Shown: in pieces, positions 54,961-63,900 of the stretch
How positions within the stretch are numbered: the stretch's first letter is position 1
Layout: each line of letters begins with the position of its first letter
Assembly (NCBI GenBank): GCA_041650255.1
Contig: JBAZLL010000003.1
Location: 64,801 to 128,800 of the forward strand
Direction: 5' to 3'
DNA from: Candidatus Micrarchaeia archaeon
GTDB taxonomy: Archaea; Micrarchaeota; Micrarchaeia; Anstonellales; Anstonellaceae
Length of the DNA: 64,000 nt
The notes under the pieces: model-generated
The model's database searches: none
Seen by the model: the letters and a program-made list of their open reading frames with translations, nothing else
Told to the model about the DNA's origin: nothing
Position numbers and translations under genes: made by a program

Positions 54961-56562
54961 CTAAAATATTTTTTCAAACATGCTCAAATCAATCTCTGTT
55001 CCCAGCAGTTTTGTGAACTCCTTAATCATTGTAAGCGTTATGAAAATATTGAATAATGGCACAAGTATTGAAACTATAAGCACATAAAACACTGTCGTTG
55101 AAATAAGCGTCAGCATATACGTTGCCAAAAATATCGTAATCAGCGAAGAGGGTAGCGAGCCTGTGACAAACTGAAGCAGACCAAACGCAAGCAATGTGCC
55201 CCATCCCGCGTTTTGTATAAATTCTTTTAAGAAAGTAAGCGCGCCGAAAGTGGACAGCTTGAAAAAGCACACCGCTCCCTGCCCCTGTTTACTGCTAAAA
55301 TCCGCACACGCCTTGTAATTATCAAATACCTCGTCGCTTCCGCTTAGTTGCACTATTTTCCCCTCATTCCCAACCCAGTCTGAAACGGAACGTTGCCCTG
55401 CAAATTGTGCATACAAATAATTCTCAAGTGCAATCGCGCTCACGTTCAACACGAACGGGAACACAAAGAAAAATCCGATTGCAATCGCAATAAGTACATT
55501 CCCAACTCTTTCAACTCCAAATGAGCGCAAAAAGAGTCCGAGGGGCACAAGCACAATCATCAGCCGTGTTTGCACAAACATCAAAAACCAAAGTTGCACA
55601 TACCATGCGCCAACCGCAACCGCTAGTGATGAGAGCATCATTCCAAGCGAATCAAAAATCGGTCTGAAAGCCGGTGCAAATGAAAACGATATTCCGATAA
55701 CTCCTGCCGGTCTAAAATACGGTGTAAGATTTCCAATCATTGACAAAAATGCGGTAATTGAGGTCATTGTTACGAACTCATAAATAATCGTGTTTCTCAC
55801 GGTTTCCGCAAAATTAATCGCGCTGTCAATTTGGAAAAGACCGATTCCAAGCGCATTTTTCGTCTCGTGAATACTCACAAGCACAAATGCGCTTGAGAGC
55901 ACGGTCAAAATAAGAAGCGACTTTGCGACATTTGACAAAAACTGCTTTGACCATGCCTGTATTCTCGCGCCGAGAATTCCAGACAGCATATATCCCAGTG
56001 TGCCAAAAACCGCCAATATAAGCAGTACCTTATACGCCAAATCAATCCATCCATAATCCGGCTGGTATATGTCTCCCGAATTTGTGTGCGGGCTCCACAT
56101 CTCCTGTGTAAAAACATCTGGAATAAGCCAGCCAAACATTTTTGCACTCGGCACCCCTGATGCGACAAACAGCACGACTGTTAGGCAGGCAATCAGCAAA
56201 AATTTATTTTTCATTCCAAAATTTTGCACGGCCTCCACTGATTTGACAATAGGCGAATCTTCAGAAATTTTCCAGCCGCCCGCATTTTCCAATTCAAATT
56301 TCTTATAATTTTTTTCCAGCTTTTTCGTGCTCTTCATTTCAAAAAATCCCTTAATAATTTTTTTATCATCGCTTTTATTTTGTATCCCGTCCAAATTTTC
56401 CAATCCGTATTTTTTTTCATCTTTTGCGGGCTCGTTCGCATATTCAGATACCTTTTGTGTTTTATCTTCAGACGCCCCACTAATTTGTTCATACGCGCCG
56501 ACAATTTCTCTATCCAAATTCGCGCCATCGCCTTTTTCTTTCATCCTGTCGGTTTTTTCCAT
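54961..56562 (-). CDS. Paralog family member D (533 aa). It has a hydrophilic N-terminal approximately 120 aa followed by a polytopic membrane domain.
   Basis: Family motifs: IQAWSKQFLSNV, and the core VQLWFL...VPLGLFLRSFGVERVGNVLIAIAIGFFFVFP. The C-terminal tail is GTEIDLSMFEKIF. Confidence 0.7.
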   Translation of the reverse strand: MEKTDRMKEKGDGANLDREIVGAYEQISGASEDKTQKVSEYANEPAKDEKKYGLENLDGIQNKSDDKKIIKGFFEMKSTKKLEKNYKKFELENAGGWKISEDSPIVKSVEAVQNFGMKNKFLLIACLTVVLFVASGVPSAKMFGWLIPDVFTQEMWSPHTNSGDIYQPDYGWIDLAYKVLLILAVFGTLGYMLSGILGARIQAWSKQFLSNVAKSLLILTVLSSAFVLVSIHETKNALGIGLFQIDSAINFAETVRNTIIYEFVTMTSITAFLSMIGNLTPYFRPAGVIGISFSFAPAFRPIFDSLGMMLSSLAVAVGAWYVQLWFLMFVQTRLMIVLVPLGLFLRSFGVERVGNVLIAIAIGFFFVFPFVLNVSAIALENYLYAQFAGQRSVSDWVGNEGKIVQLSGSDEVFDNYKACADFSSKQGQGAVCFFKLSTFGALTFLKEFIQNAGWGTLLAFGLLQFVTGSLPSSLITIFLATYMLTLISTTVFYVLIVSILVPLFNIFITLTMIKEFTKLLGTEIDLSMFEKIF

Positions 56563-56564
56563 AT

Positions 56565-58277
56565 CTATATCAGCCTGCTCAAGCCCGCAATTTCAATGTC
56601 TCCGCCAAGTGAGGGGGATAATACCTTTATTGATGCCAACGCAACCATTAGTGAAATAAATGGCGCAATAAGGCTAAATATCAGCAGTTTTGCCATGTTA
56701 TCAATCGTTCCGTTTTCGCCAAAAAGTGAATAGCCCCCTCCTGCAACCGCTCCGACTCCAACAAGCGGGCCGACCGCATCGGCAAATCCCTGCGAATATC
56801 CCTGCCAAAGCCTCTTTTCCCAGCTTTCCCTTTTAATCTCAAGAAAAGAGTTCACTTCATCTTCCCCGGTATCTTTCGTATAACATATATCCACAATCAT
56901 TTTTGTCTGCTCATCAAGCAATCCGTCTTCATTAACAAATTCTTGCCTGAAATTTGAATAAGTGTTCATATCAGAAGTGCATCTGCACGAATTCTCATTG
57001 CAATAATAATCCGTTTCCCTGCCGGAAATAGTATTTCCATATTCATCTCTTGGCGGACAGGAAAGCCCATACTCGCCGCATTCCTCTCCTTCATCAATTT
57101 CTCCGTTCTTGCAAAGCGGGCTATAATCCGGCGCACCCTTAACCGCCTGCACTTGGTCTCTTTCCACTCCTTCAAAATTTATGTCTGTGCGATAAATGTT
57201 ATATCCTATCTGCTCAATCTGCGCAGGTGTGCTGTTCCACGGACCGGTAAACGAATAGAGCACCGAGCTCCAAAACACATACATCATCGGAAACACAATG
57301 TAAAATCCTATCGCCAATGCAATAAGAAGCCCGCCCAGCCTTCGCGTGAAATACATTGAGCGGAAAAATATCCCTGCCGCCAAAAAGAACGGGAAAAATG
57401 CCAAATGCATAAAATCAATGATAAACTGCTGTGCCCGCGTAATCATCAAATTTTTCATCAGCACATCAAACACAAAGCTCAACGTTTCCACAACGGGCGT
57501 AAGCCCGGCAAGCGGCGAAACCGAGAGCGCGCCTCCCGGTGCGGGTATTCCCTTAAAGCCAAATCCTGCCGTTGAAAGCGGATATAAAATCGCATTGATT
57601 CTTACAATTGAGAGTGCCTGCCCTTCGGTTGATTTTGCCAGTATATTCAAATAATCCTCGGCGATGATAATATGACACGGTCTTTCTTTCCCCTGTGTCA
57701 GCGGCGAGCCGGAATCTGACGGATAGCATCTTGCATTCACATACGCGCTCCATTTCAGCCCGATATTTTCAACGCCGTTAATTGTCGGTGAATCTCCGAG
57801 CGTATTATATGTCGGCAGGCTCGCGCAAATTATCCCAAGCGAATTTACAATCATCAATATGCCCATCAAAATCAATGCCGTATATCCAAGCTGAATAATT
57901 TCTGATTTTACCCACGCTTTGAGCTTGTCATCCTGCATAAAGCTTGCATAAAACCACGAGAGCGTGCAAATCGCAATTCCTATTCCTAATGCTGCGGCAA
58001 TCGGGGCGCTCCAAATCCCCCACCAAAGCCCGAACTTTTCGCTTATTCCCCCGTCCTGTCCGCTTGATTGATCAACGCAACCGGACATGAAAAATAAAAT
58101 CGCAAACATTGCCGCAAACAAAATCGGCTTCAACCGCGCATTTCTCAATGCTTCAAACGCATTCAAATTCGGCGCATTCAAAATTTTATTTGCATTTTTT
58201 TGCAAAGCATCCACTGGCGCATCTTTGTGCAAAAACGATTTTTCATTTTCATCTGATTTTGCTTTTTTCATTTTCAT
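56565..58277 (-). CDS. Paralog family member C (570 aa). It has a lipobox-like N-terminus and a Cys-rich insert.
   Basis: Family motifs: KLKAWVKSEIIQL, VSPLAGLTPV, and the core QQFIIDF...LAAGIFFRSMYFTRRLGGLLIALAIGFYIVFP. The insert is CKNGEIDEGEECGEYGLSCPP...YYCNENSCRC. The C-terminal tail is GGDIEIAGLSRLI. Confidence 0.7.
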   Translation of the reverse strand: MKMKKAKSDENEKSFLHKDAPVDALQKNANKILNAPNLNAFEALRNARLKPILFAAMFAILFFMSGCVDQSSGQDGGISEKFGLWWGIWSAPIAAALGIGIAICTLSWFYASFMQDDKLKAWVKSEIIQLGYTALILMGILMIVNSLGIICASLPTYNTLGDSPTINGVENIGLKWSAYVNARCYPSDSGSPLTQGKERPCHIIIAEDYLNILAKSTEGQALSIVRINAILYPLSTAGFGFKGIPAPGGALSVSPLAGLTPVVETLSFVFDVLMKNLMITRAQQFIIDFMHLAFFPFFLAAGIFFRSMYFTRRLGGLLIALAIGFYIVFPMMYVFWSSVLYSFTGPWNSTPAQIEQIGYNIYRTDINFEGVERDQVQAVKGAPDYSPLCKNGEIDEGEECGEYGLSCPPRDEYGNTISGRETDYYCNENSCRCTSDMNTYSNFRQEFVNEDGLLDEQTKMIVDICYTKDTGEDEVNSFLEIKRESWEKRLWQGYSQGFADAVGPLVGVGAVAGGGYSLFGENGTIDNMAKLLIFSLIAPFISLMVALASIKVLSPSLGGDIEIAGLSRLI

Positions 58278-59348
58278 CTAATCCCATTTTTGTGAAAAGA
58301 ATTTCATTCCCGCTTTTATGAACGTGACTACGAGAATCATATTCATCGCGGGCAAAAATACTGCCTGAAACGCAATATACGAAAGCGTTTTTGTCATCCC
58401 GTCATTTCCAATAAAATCCTCCTTTATACTCGGAAGCATTTGCACGCTCAAACTATTATAGAACGAGCCGCTCGTGAAAAGATAATCCGTTGTGGACGAT
58501 TCCATCCCGCTGCACATATCACATCCATACTCCTCAACATAAAGCTGTGTCATTATCTGCGCATTCATCACAAATGCAAATGGCATAACGAAATAAAGTG
58601 CGAACGCGGTTGCCATCAAAAACGAACCGGCATCCCTTGTGGGCGAAAACACTCTCATGATAATTCCCGCGGGCAAAATCAAAGTCATCGCGCTCGCGTG
58701 AATTAATTGCAATCCCATCTGTTGCACCATTATGCTTGCCGCAAACGGCGTGATGAACATCACAATCAAATCAATCGCGCGGTCAATCACGTCAAAGCCT
58801 GGAAATGTCGGAAAAGAAAATCCCCATCCTGCCGCCGCTGCATAAAATCTGCTTTTCATTCCCGCCAAATACTGCACTCCAATTTTTACTCCCTCAAGTT
58901 TTATCGTGGTGGCGCTTGTAATGCATGTAACTTTTTGCAGATAATTGTTTGCCAAATCAAAACTGCTTGCGCCCCAATGGTCCGTCACTATCTTGTCTAC
59001 AACAACCGCGCTTGAGAAAATAAGAATTCCGATAAGTATACTAATCGTTACCTGATACAATTCGCTGTTTGCATAAGTTTCCCATTCGGCGTTTTTCACC
59101 GATTTTGATATCATATGTACAAGCGACGCGATAAAAATAACTGCCGCAATGCAGAGTATCGTCATATTTGAAAGCGATTGATAATCCGGCGCGGAAAGAA
59201 AATTCTCATCCCCTAAATTCGGAATTCCCGCGCCCGGATTTTGCGCAAAAACAAATGGCATGAGCATTGCAAGCACAATAGCAATCGCAAATATTGCAAG
59301 CGCTCCATTGCGCAAAATTCTGTCATTGCACAAAATTTCATCCTTCAT
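58278..59348 (-). CDS. Paralog family member B (356 aa). Signal-peptide-like N-terminus and polytopic membrane domain.
   Basis: Family motifs: AEWETYANSELYQV, and the core VQQMGLQLI...LPAGIIMRVFSPTRDAGSFLMATAFALYFVMP. The C-terminal tail is divergent. Confidence 0.7.
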   Translation of the reverse strand: MKDEILCNDRILRNGALAIFAIAIVLAMLMPFVFAQNPGAGIPNLGDENFLSAPDYQSLSNMTILCIAAVIFIASLVHMISKSVKNAEWETYANSELYQVTISILIGILIFSSAVVVDKIVTDHWGASSFDLANNYLQKVTCITSATTIKLEGVKIGVQYLAGMKSRFYAAAAGWGFSFPTFPGFDVIDRAIDLIVMFITPFAASIMVQQMGLQLIHASAMTLILPAGIIMRVFSPTRDAGSFLMATAFALYFVMPFAFVMNAQIMTQLYVEEYGCDMCSGMESSTTDYLFTSGSFYNSLSVQMLPSIKEDFIGNDGMTKTLSYIAFQAVFLPAMNMILVVTFIKAGMKFFSQKWD

Positions 59349-59351
59349 CTT

Positions 59352-60863
59352 CTACACCAATTTGCTCATTCCAAATATTCTCGGCTCTCCGCCGATTGCA
59401 ATGCTGATGTCTTTGAAAAGCGTGACGCAAATAATAATCGTGTTTGCCAAAAAGAGCAGGTTCAATGCAAACCACTGCATGCTCGTCGTGAATTGGTCAA
59501 TGATTGCGGAAAAGAAATATTCAACAGGCAATATCGGACCAAATATGGCTCCGAAATTTGCCATATAATTCATCACTATTCCAGAATTTTTCACAAACGC
59601 CTCGCTCACCGCCTTTTGCTGGCTTGCAGGAACTCTCGGATCCGAGTTTTTGCCATCGCTCCAAATCGTTTCCACTATCTTATCCGAAACGTCCTGTCCC
59701 TGCTCTTCAAATCCGCCCGGTCCCGCAATATTTTTTTGCACCCGCGCGGCAAACTCTGCCTGTGTCTCGCCCGGATTGGGCGTGCAAATCTCAAGCATGG
59801 ACTGATAATTTGTCCAGTCAATCATCGCCGGCTTTGCATCTTTTTCCCATAATGCGTTGAAATAAATCTGCTCGTTAATCCAAAGCGTGATTGGAAATAT
59901 GAAATAAAACACAAGCGCCAACGCGATAAGCGTCGCGCCTGTCTTTCTTGTAAACGGAATCGCCTTAAACGCAATCCCAAGAGGCAAAAAAACTGTAAGC
60001 GCATTTTGGTGCACGAATTGCAAAACTGTTTTTTGCACTACAACTGCCACCAGCCCGACACCTATCATGTCTGTGAGCATAACCATCGCATCCGATACCG
60101 GCGTAAGTCCGGCATTTGGTGCCAAATCAAGTGAAATACTGCTGACAAGCGGCTCTGGCAAATAAGCGCTCACTCCGAAAGTTGAAACCGGTCCAAGCAA
60201 AAATTCAAGCGTGAAAAGGCTCATGTAAATATTCATCATGTGCCCGAACATTATTCCCTTGCTCATTTCCGGCTGACCAAGTACTGTTCTTTGCGCCTCC
60301 CACATATTATCGTAAGCGCTGATGTAATCCAAATCAAATCCCTGTCCCGCAACCTCTTCCGAAATCAAAACGGCATCTTCTGTAAATGGCATGCATCCCA
60401 AAAACCAGTCAGTTTGCGCGAACAAATGATTTTCAGGCTGTGTCGAATCGGCAATATTGTATATATGCTGGTTTTCCATGCAAATTCCGGTAATTGAGCT
60501 GTCAATCGCTCCCTCACGCGGTGCCGAGAGCATTGTGCTTGATGCAACATTTTTGGCAAATATCCCGTACGCAACAAGGCTTCCCATGACAATTGCAATC
60601 ACAATAACCGTGGACACGAGCTCGTACACTTCCTGTTTTGCAAATGCTTTCACATTCGGCAGGTTGAATGCCTCGCCCACCATATAAGAGAGAGAAATAA
60701 TCAGAATCGCAAGTGCAAGCCCGACAACTACAAGGCCCCACCAATCCGGGAAAGCAATCTTTGGTGCTTCAAATCCGGTTACGGTTTGTGCATAAGTGCT
60801 TGAGCTAAGCATTACCATAGCAAGAAAAGCAAGTGCAAAAGCCTGCCTGATACCCACATTCAT
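59352..60863 (-). CDS. Paralog family member A (503 aa), the first gene of the operon. Signal-peptide-like N-terminus.
   Basis: The N-terminus is MNVGIRQAFALAFLAMVMLSSSTYAQ. Family motifs: VKAFAKQEVYEL, LAPNAGLTPV, and the core VQKTVLQFV...LPLGIAFKAIPFTRKTGATLIALALVFYFIFP. The C-terminal tail is GGEPRIFGMSKLV. Confidence 0.7.
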   Translation of the reverse strand: MNVGIRQAFALAFLAMVMLSSSTYAQTVTGFEAPKIAFPDWWGLVVVGLALAILIISLSYMVGEAFNLPNVKAFAKQEVYELVSTVIVIAIVMGSLVAYGIFAKNVASSTMLSAPREGAIDSSITGICMENQHIYNIADSTQPENHLFAQTDWFLGCMPFTEDAVLISEEVAGQGFDLDYISAYDNMWEAQRTVLGQPEMSKGIMFGHMMNIYMSLFTLEFLLGPVSTFGVSAYLPEPLVSSISLDLAPNAGLTPVSDAMVMLTDMIGVGLVAVVVQKTVLQFVHQNALTVFLPLGIAFKAIPFTRKTGATLIALALVFYFIFPITLWINEQIYFNALWEKDAKPAMIDWTNYQSMLEICTPNPGETQAEFAARVQKNIAGPGGFEEQGQDVSDKIVETIWSDGKNSDPRVPASQQKAVSEAFVKNSGIVMNYMANFGAIFGPILPVEYFFSAIIDQFTTSMQWFALNLLFLANTIIICVTLFKDISIAIGGEPRIFGMSKLV

Positions 60864-60886
60864 TGTCCAGAATTAGGTTTGTTTGC

Positions 60887-60894
60887 TTTTAAAA
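60887..60894 (-). promoter_or_regulatory. TATA-like box for the six-paralog operon.
   Basis: TTTTAAAA lies 24-31 nt upstream of the ATG at comp. 60863. This spacing recurs at other genes in the window. Confidence 0.4.
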
Positions 60895-60942
60895 CCAAAC
60901 CTCACCTGTGTCTATCACTGCATTTTTTATCTGCATCAAGGA

Positions 60943-60964
60943 TTCGGGCGCTAACCCGCCCGAA
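60943..60964. promoter_or_regulatory. GC-rich inverted repeat (8-bp arms, 6-nt spacer) in the divergent control region. Candidate operator.
   Basis: The sequence is TTCGGGCG-CTAACC-CGCCCGAA. It ends 5 nt upstream of the plus-strand TATA box, which is the BRE-proximal position. Confidence 0.4.
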
Positions 60965-60969
60965 AACCA

Positions 60970-60979
60970 TTTATAAAAA
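60970..60979 (+). promoter_or_regulatory. TATA box for the giant plus-strand gene.
   Basis: TTTATAAAAA starts 29 nt upstream of the GTG at 60999. This geometry is compatible with a leaderless transcript. Confidence 0.45.
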
Positions 60980-60998
60980 CCGCCTGCTTATTTATTGC

Positions 60999-63900
60999 GT
61001 GAAAAACAAGTCTTTGCTGCTGTTTTGGCTATTACTATTGCTATCTGCCAGTTTTTCCCAGCAAATTTGTCCCCAATGTTTCGAGAGCAGCATAAGGCTA
61101 AACCTTTCCGAATTTTCTCAAACCCGAATTGTGTACGCACAGGCAACTTATCTCAACGTGACTTTTTACACCCCAGAAGCCGACGATTCAGACTCGGCTT
61201 CGCAAATAGTCAATTCGCAAATGCAAATAGAAGTGCTCAACGCATCCGGCGCGTCCATAAGTTTTTTTGTGGACAATCAGCCGGTCAGCGATGAAAATGG
61301 CGAGCCATCCTGCCAAAACCTGATAACTGATTATGCTGGCATTGTCGAATGCAAAATAATATATGTAAAAAATCCATACACCTCCGACCCTCCGGCAATA
61401 AAATTAGATGACTGGCCCCAGGACGCGCTTCTCACCGCCCGATTGCAATATTCAAACGAAAATCCGCAGATAAAGCCATCAATCTCAAGTCCGGTGCTCA
61501 TCTCAACAAACAACAATCCCTCGCAACAATTGTACACCACATTTTTAATGGCGGCAAGTACCCCGAAAAATATGCTCATCTGTCTGCCCCTGATAATAAT
61601 ATTCGGGCTTCTCATCGCCTCATTACAATACGCCGGAAAAAATCCGCTTTCACTCTTTGACATCACCGTTCCCCGCCTGCCGAATTTGAAAAAAGTGAGA
61701 ATGAAATCTCCGACAATTCCATTGCAACTTAACATGATGGGGAGAATGTCTGCTCGCGTTATCGCAAGAAATGAGCGCGCAATCGAATCCTCATTGCTTG
61801 CGCTTTATCTTCGTTCCGGCAAAAGCAGCGGTTCACTAAAGCAGGTAATCCGCGATATGTTTCCCAGGCGTCCAATTTTAGGTTCCGCAAAAGCGTATAG
61901 CGACGCAGGCTACGATGCCTCGCTTGCAAAACTTCGTTCCCTGATAGACAGTTCCGGCGCAGACAAAAAATACCGCGACATTGCGTGGGCGGCAATAATG
62001 CGCAACATGGAAATTCGTCAGACTCTCATAATCGGACTGAAAACGACCAGCGCGGCAAGGGCAGGTCAATTCTCAAACCGGGCAAGCACAATAAGCGGGA
62101 CTCTTGACCTCATAGGCACCCGCCTTGCAAAACCATGGAAATTAATTCCCTCTCTTGCGAAAAACGAACGGCTGGACGCGCTTCCGGGGCTTCCCTATGT
62201 AGAGCGCACATTTCTCGTAGCGCAAAATTGGATTGGAAGCAAATACTCGAATCTGTCGCTTCGCCGCGCGCTGGTGAAAACACTTGTCGCCGAAACGGCT
62301 CGCTCGCTCGGTGCAAATCCGCAGGCAAAATTCATTCGCGACAATATATTCGACCACAAAAAAATCGGAGACATCCCTCACATAATAGAGCGCCTGCGCC
62401 AGGAAAGCTACATTCTTGGCAGGGCAATAGTTGACGAATACGCCCGCGCGCTCATGATGCCAATCGTGCTCAAAAAAGGCAAGGGCGAAAACGAATATTC
62501 ACTGGATACAAACGCCCTGAAAAACGTCCTTGCAATGATTAAATCTGCGCAGGAAAAAATAGATTCGGATGTGCGCTCGGGCAGAATAGATTCAACATTT
62601 CGCGAATATTATCTAAAAGAGGAAATGATGCGCAGGCTTGCCGACTACATACAAAAAAACAAAGTCGCGTTCTATGATGCGACAGGCTCCCAACTCTCGC
62701 AAAAAGAAGTCGGCGAATTTGTAAAAAATTATGCGCTTGCTTACGCGCAAAAAGCGCGTGAAATAATAATGGCGGACGGCGTTAGCACCGCAGATGGTCG
62801 CTATCCCTCCCTTACCGATTCGCGCGCAAACAAGTTAAATCCCGAAGATGTATATTCCCGTTACAACCAGCTTGTGGCAATGCTTGGTGCCTCCTCAAAA
62901 CAACTGGCGCAGGGAAAAATCCCTCTTGTAATGCTCGGGCACGACATGACAGACCTGTTTGGAAAAGCTGTCAACATCAAGGTAGCCCGCCAGCAGTTGC
63001 AAGCCCAATCCGAAGTTGAAAAATTACAGCAAATCCGCTACATGATGGAAGCCGAGCTGATGAAAAAACAGCTCTTTGATTATATAACTGGTTCGCGCGC
63101 ATTACTGGATAATTACAATAAAAAAATAGAGCCGCTTCTTGGGCAGGGCATTCTCAACAACAACTGGCTCGCGCAACTTGACCATGCAATTTCCCTAAAA
63201 AGTATCCGAGACTTGGCGGATTATTCCCGACGCGGAGAATGGGCGGCCCGCAACTATCTCACGGCCCACTATTCTTACAACACCGACTTTTTGGCGGAGA
63301 CTGAAAAAAACAATCTCAGCGTTCTTCGCCAGCTTTTTTCCAGCCAATTTGACCGGGGCTATGAAGACCTTTTCAGAAACTATGATGTCATGATACGCCG
63401 CAACCAAATGACATATCAAAGCATGAAATCCGTTTTTGAAACCTATATGCCCGGTCAAAAATGGGATGCCGCCGGCTATCAGGCATGGAAGGAAAAAGGT
63501 GTCACATATGCCGACATCAAAAAAGGAGTGTGGATAATAGATGCCCGCCAAACCATTATACCTCTTGCCTCCGGATTTGATTTTGACAAAGACGGCGCAG
63601 TCCGCTCCGCAAGATGCAATGTTGTAAACGGTCGGCTCACTTACGACCATACGGTGATTGACTTTTTGGGCTCCGATTACGCCGAACGCCCGGTGAATGC
63701 CTCTTACATGATAAAAACCGCCGACGGTCGCTGGAGACCCGGTACTCCGACAGACCCGGAAACCGCTACAATTGTACGTCAGCTCAAAAGCTATTACGCA
63801 CAGCTTTCATCTCTCAAATTCGGAGAAGGCAGGTTTGCGGATTACACTGCCGATGGCAAAGTTTCTGATGCCGCCGCAAATATGGATGCATCAGTACGTG

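Noticed and set aside
52617-60863. Considered whether the six-gene block is a mobile element, conjugative island or provirus.
   Set aside because: The window contains no integrase, transposase, VirB4/HerA-type ATPase, capsid gene, flanking direct repeats or adjacent tRNA target. Only the Nuc-like nuclease gives a weak parallel to conjugative systems. I therefore report the block as an unknown membrane system, not as a mobile element.
61331-61735. 134-aa minus-strand ORF. Also 61759..61995, 62110..62328 and 63195..63650 on the minus strand.
   Set aside because: All lie antisense to the uninterrupted 1000-codon plus-strand frame that starts with a signal peptide. None has promoter or start-codon context.
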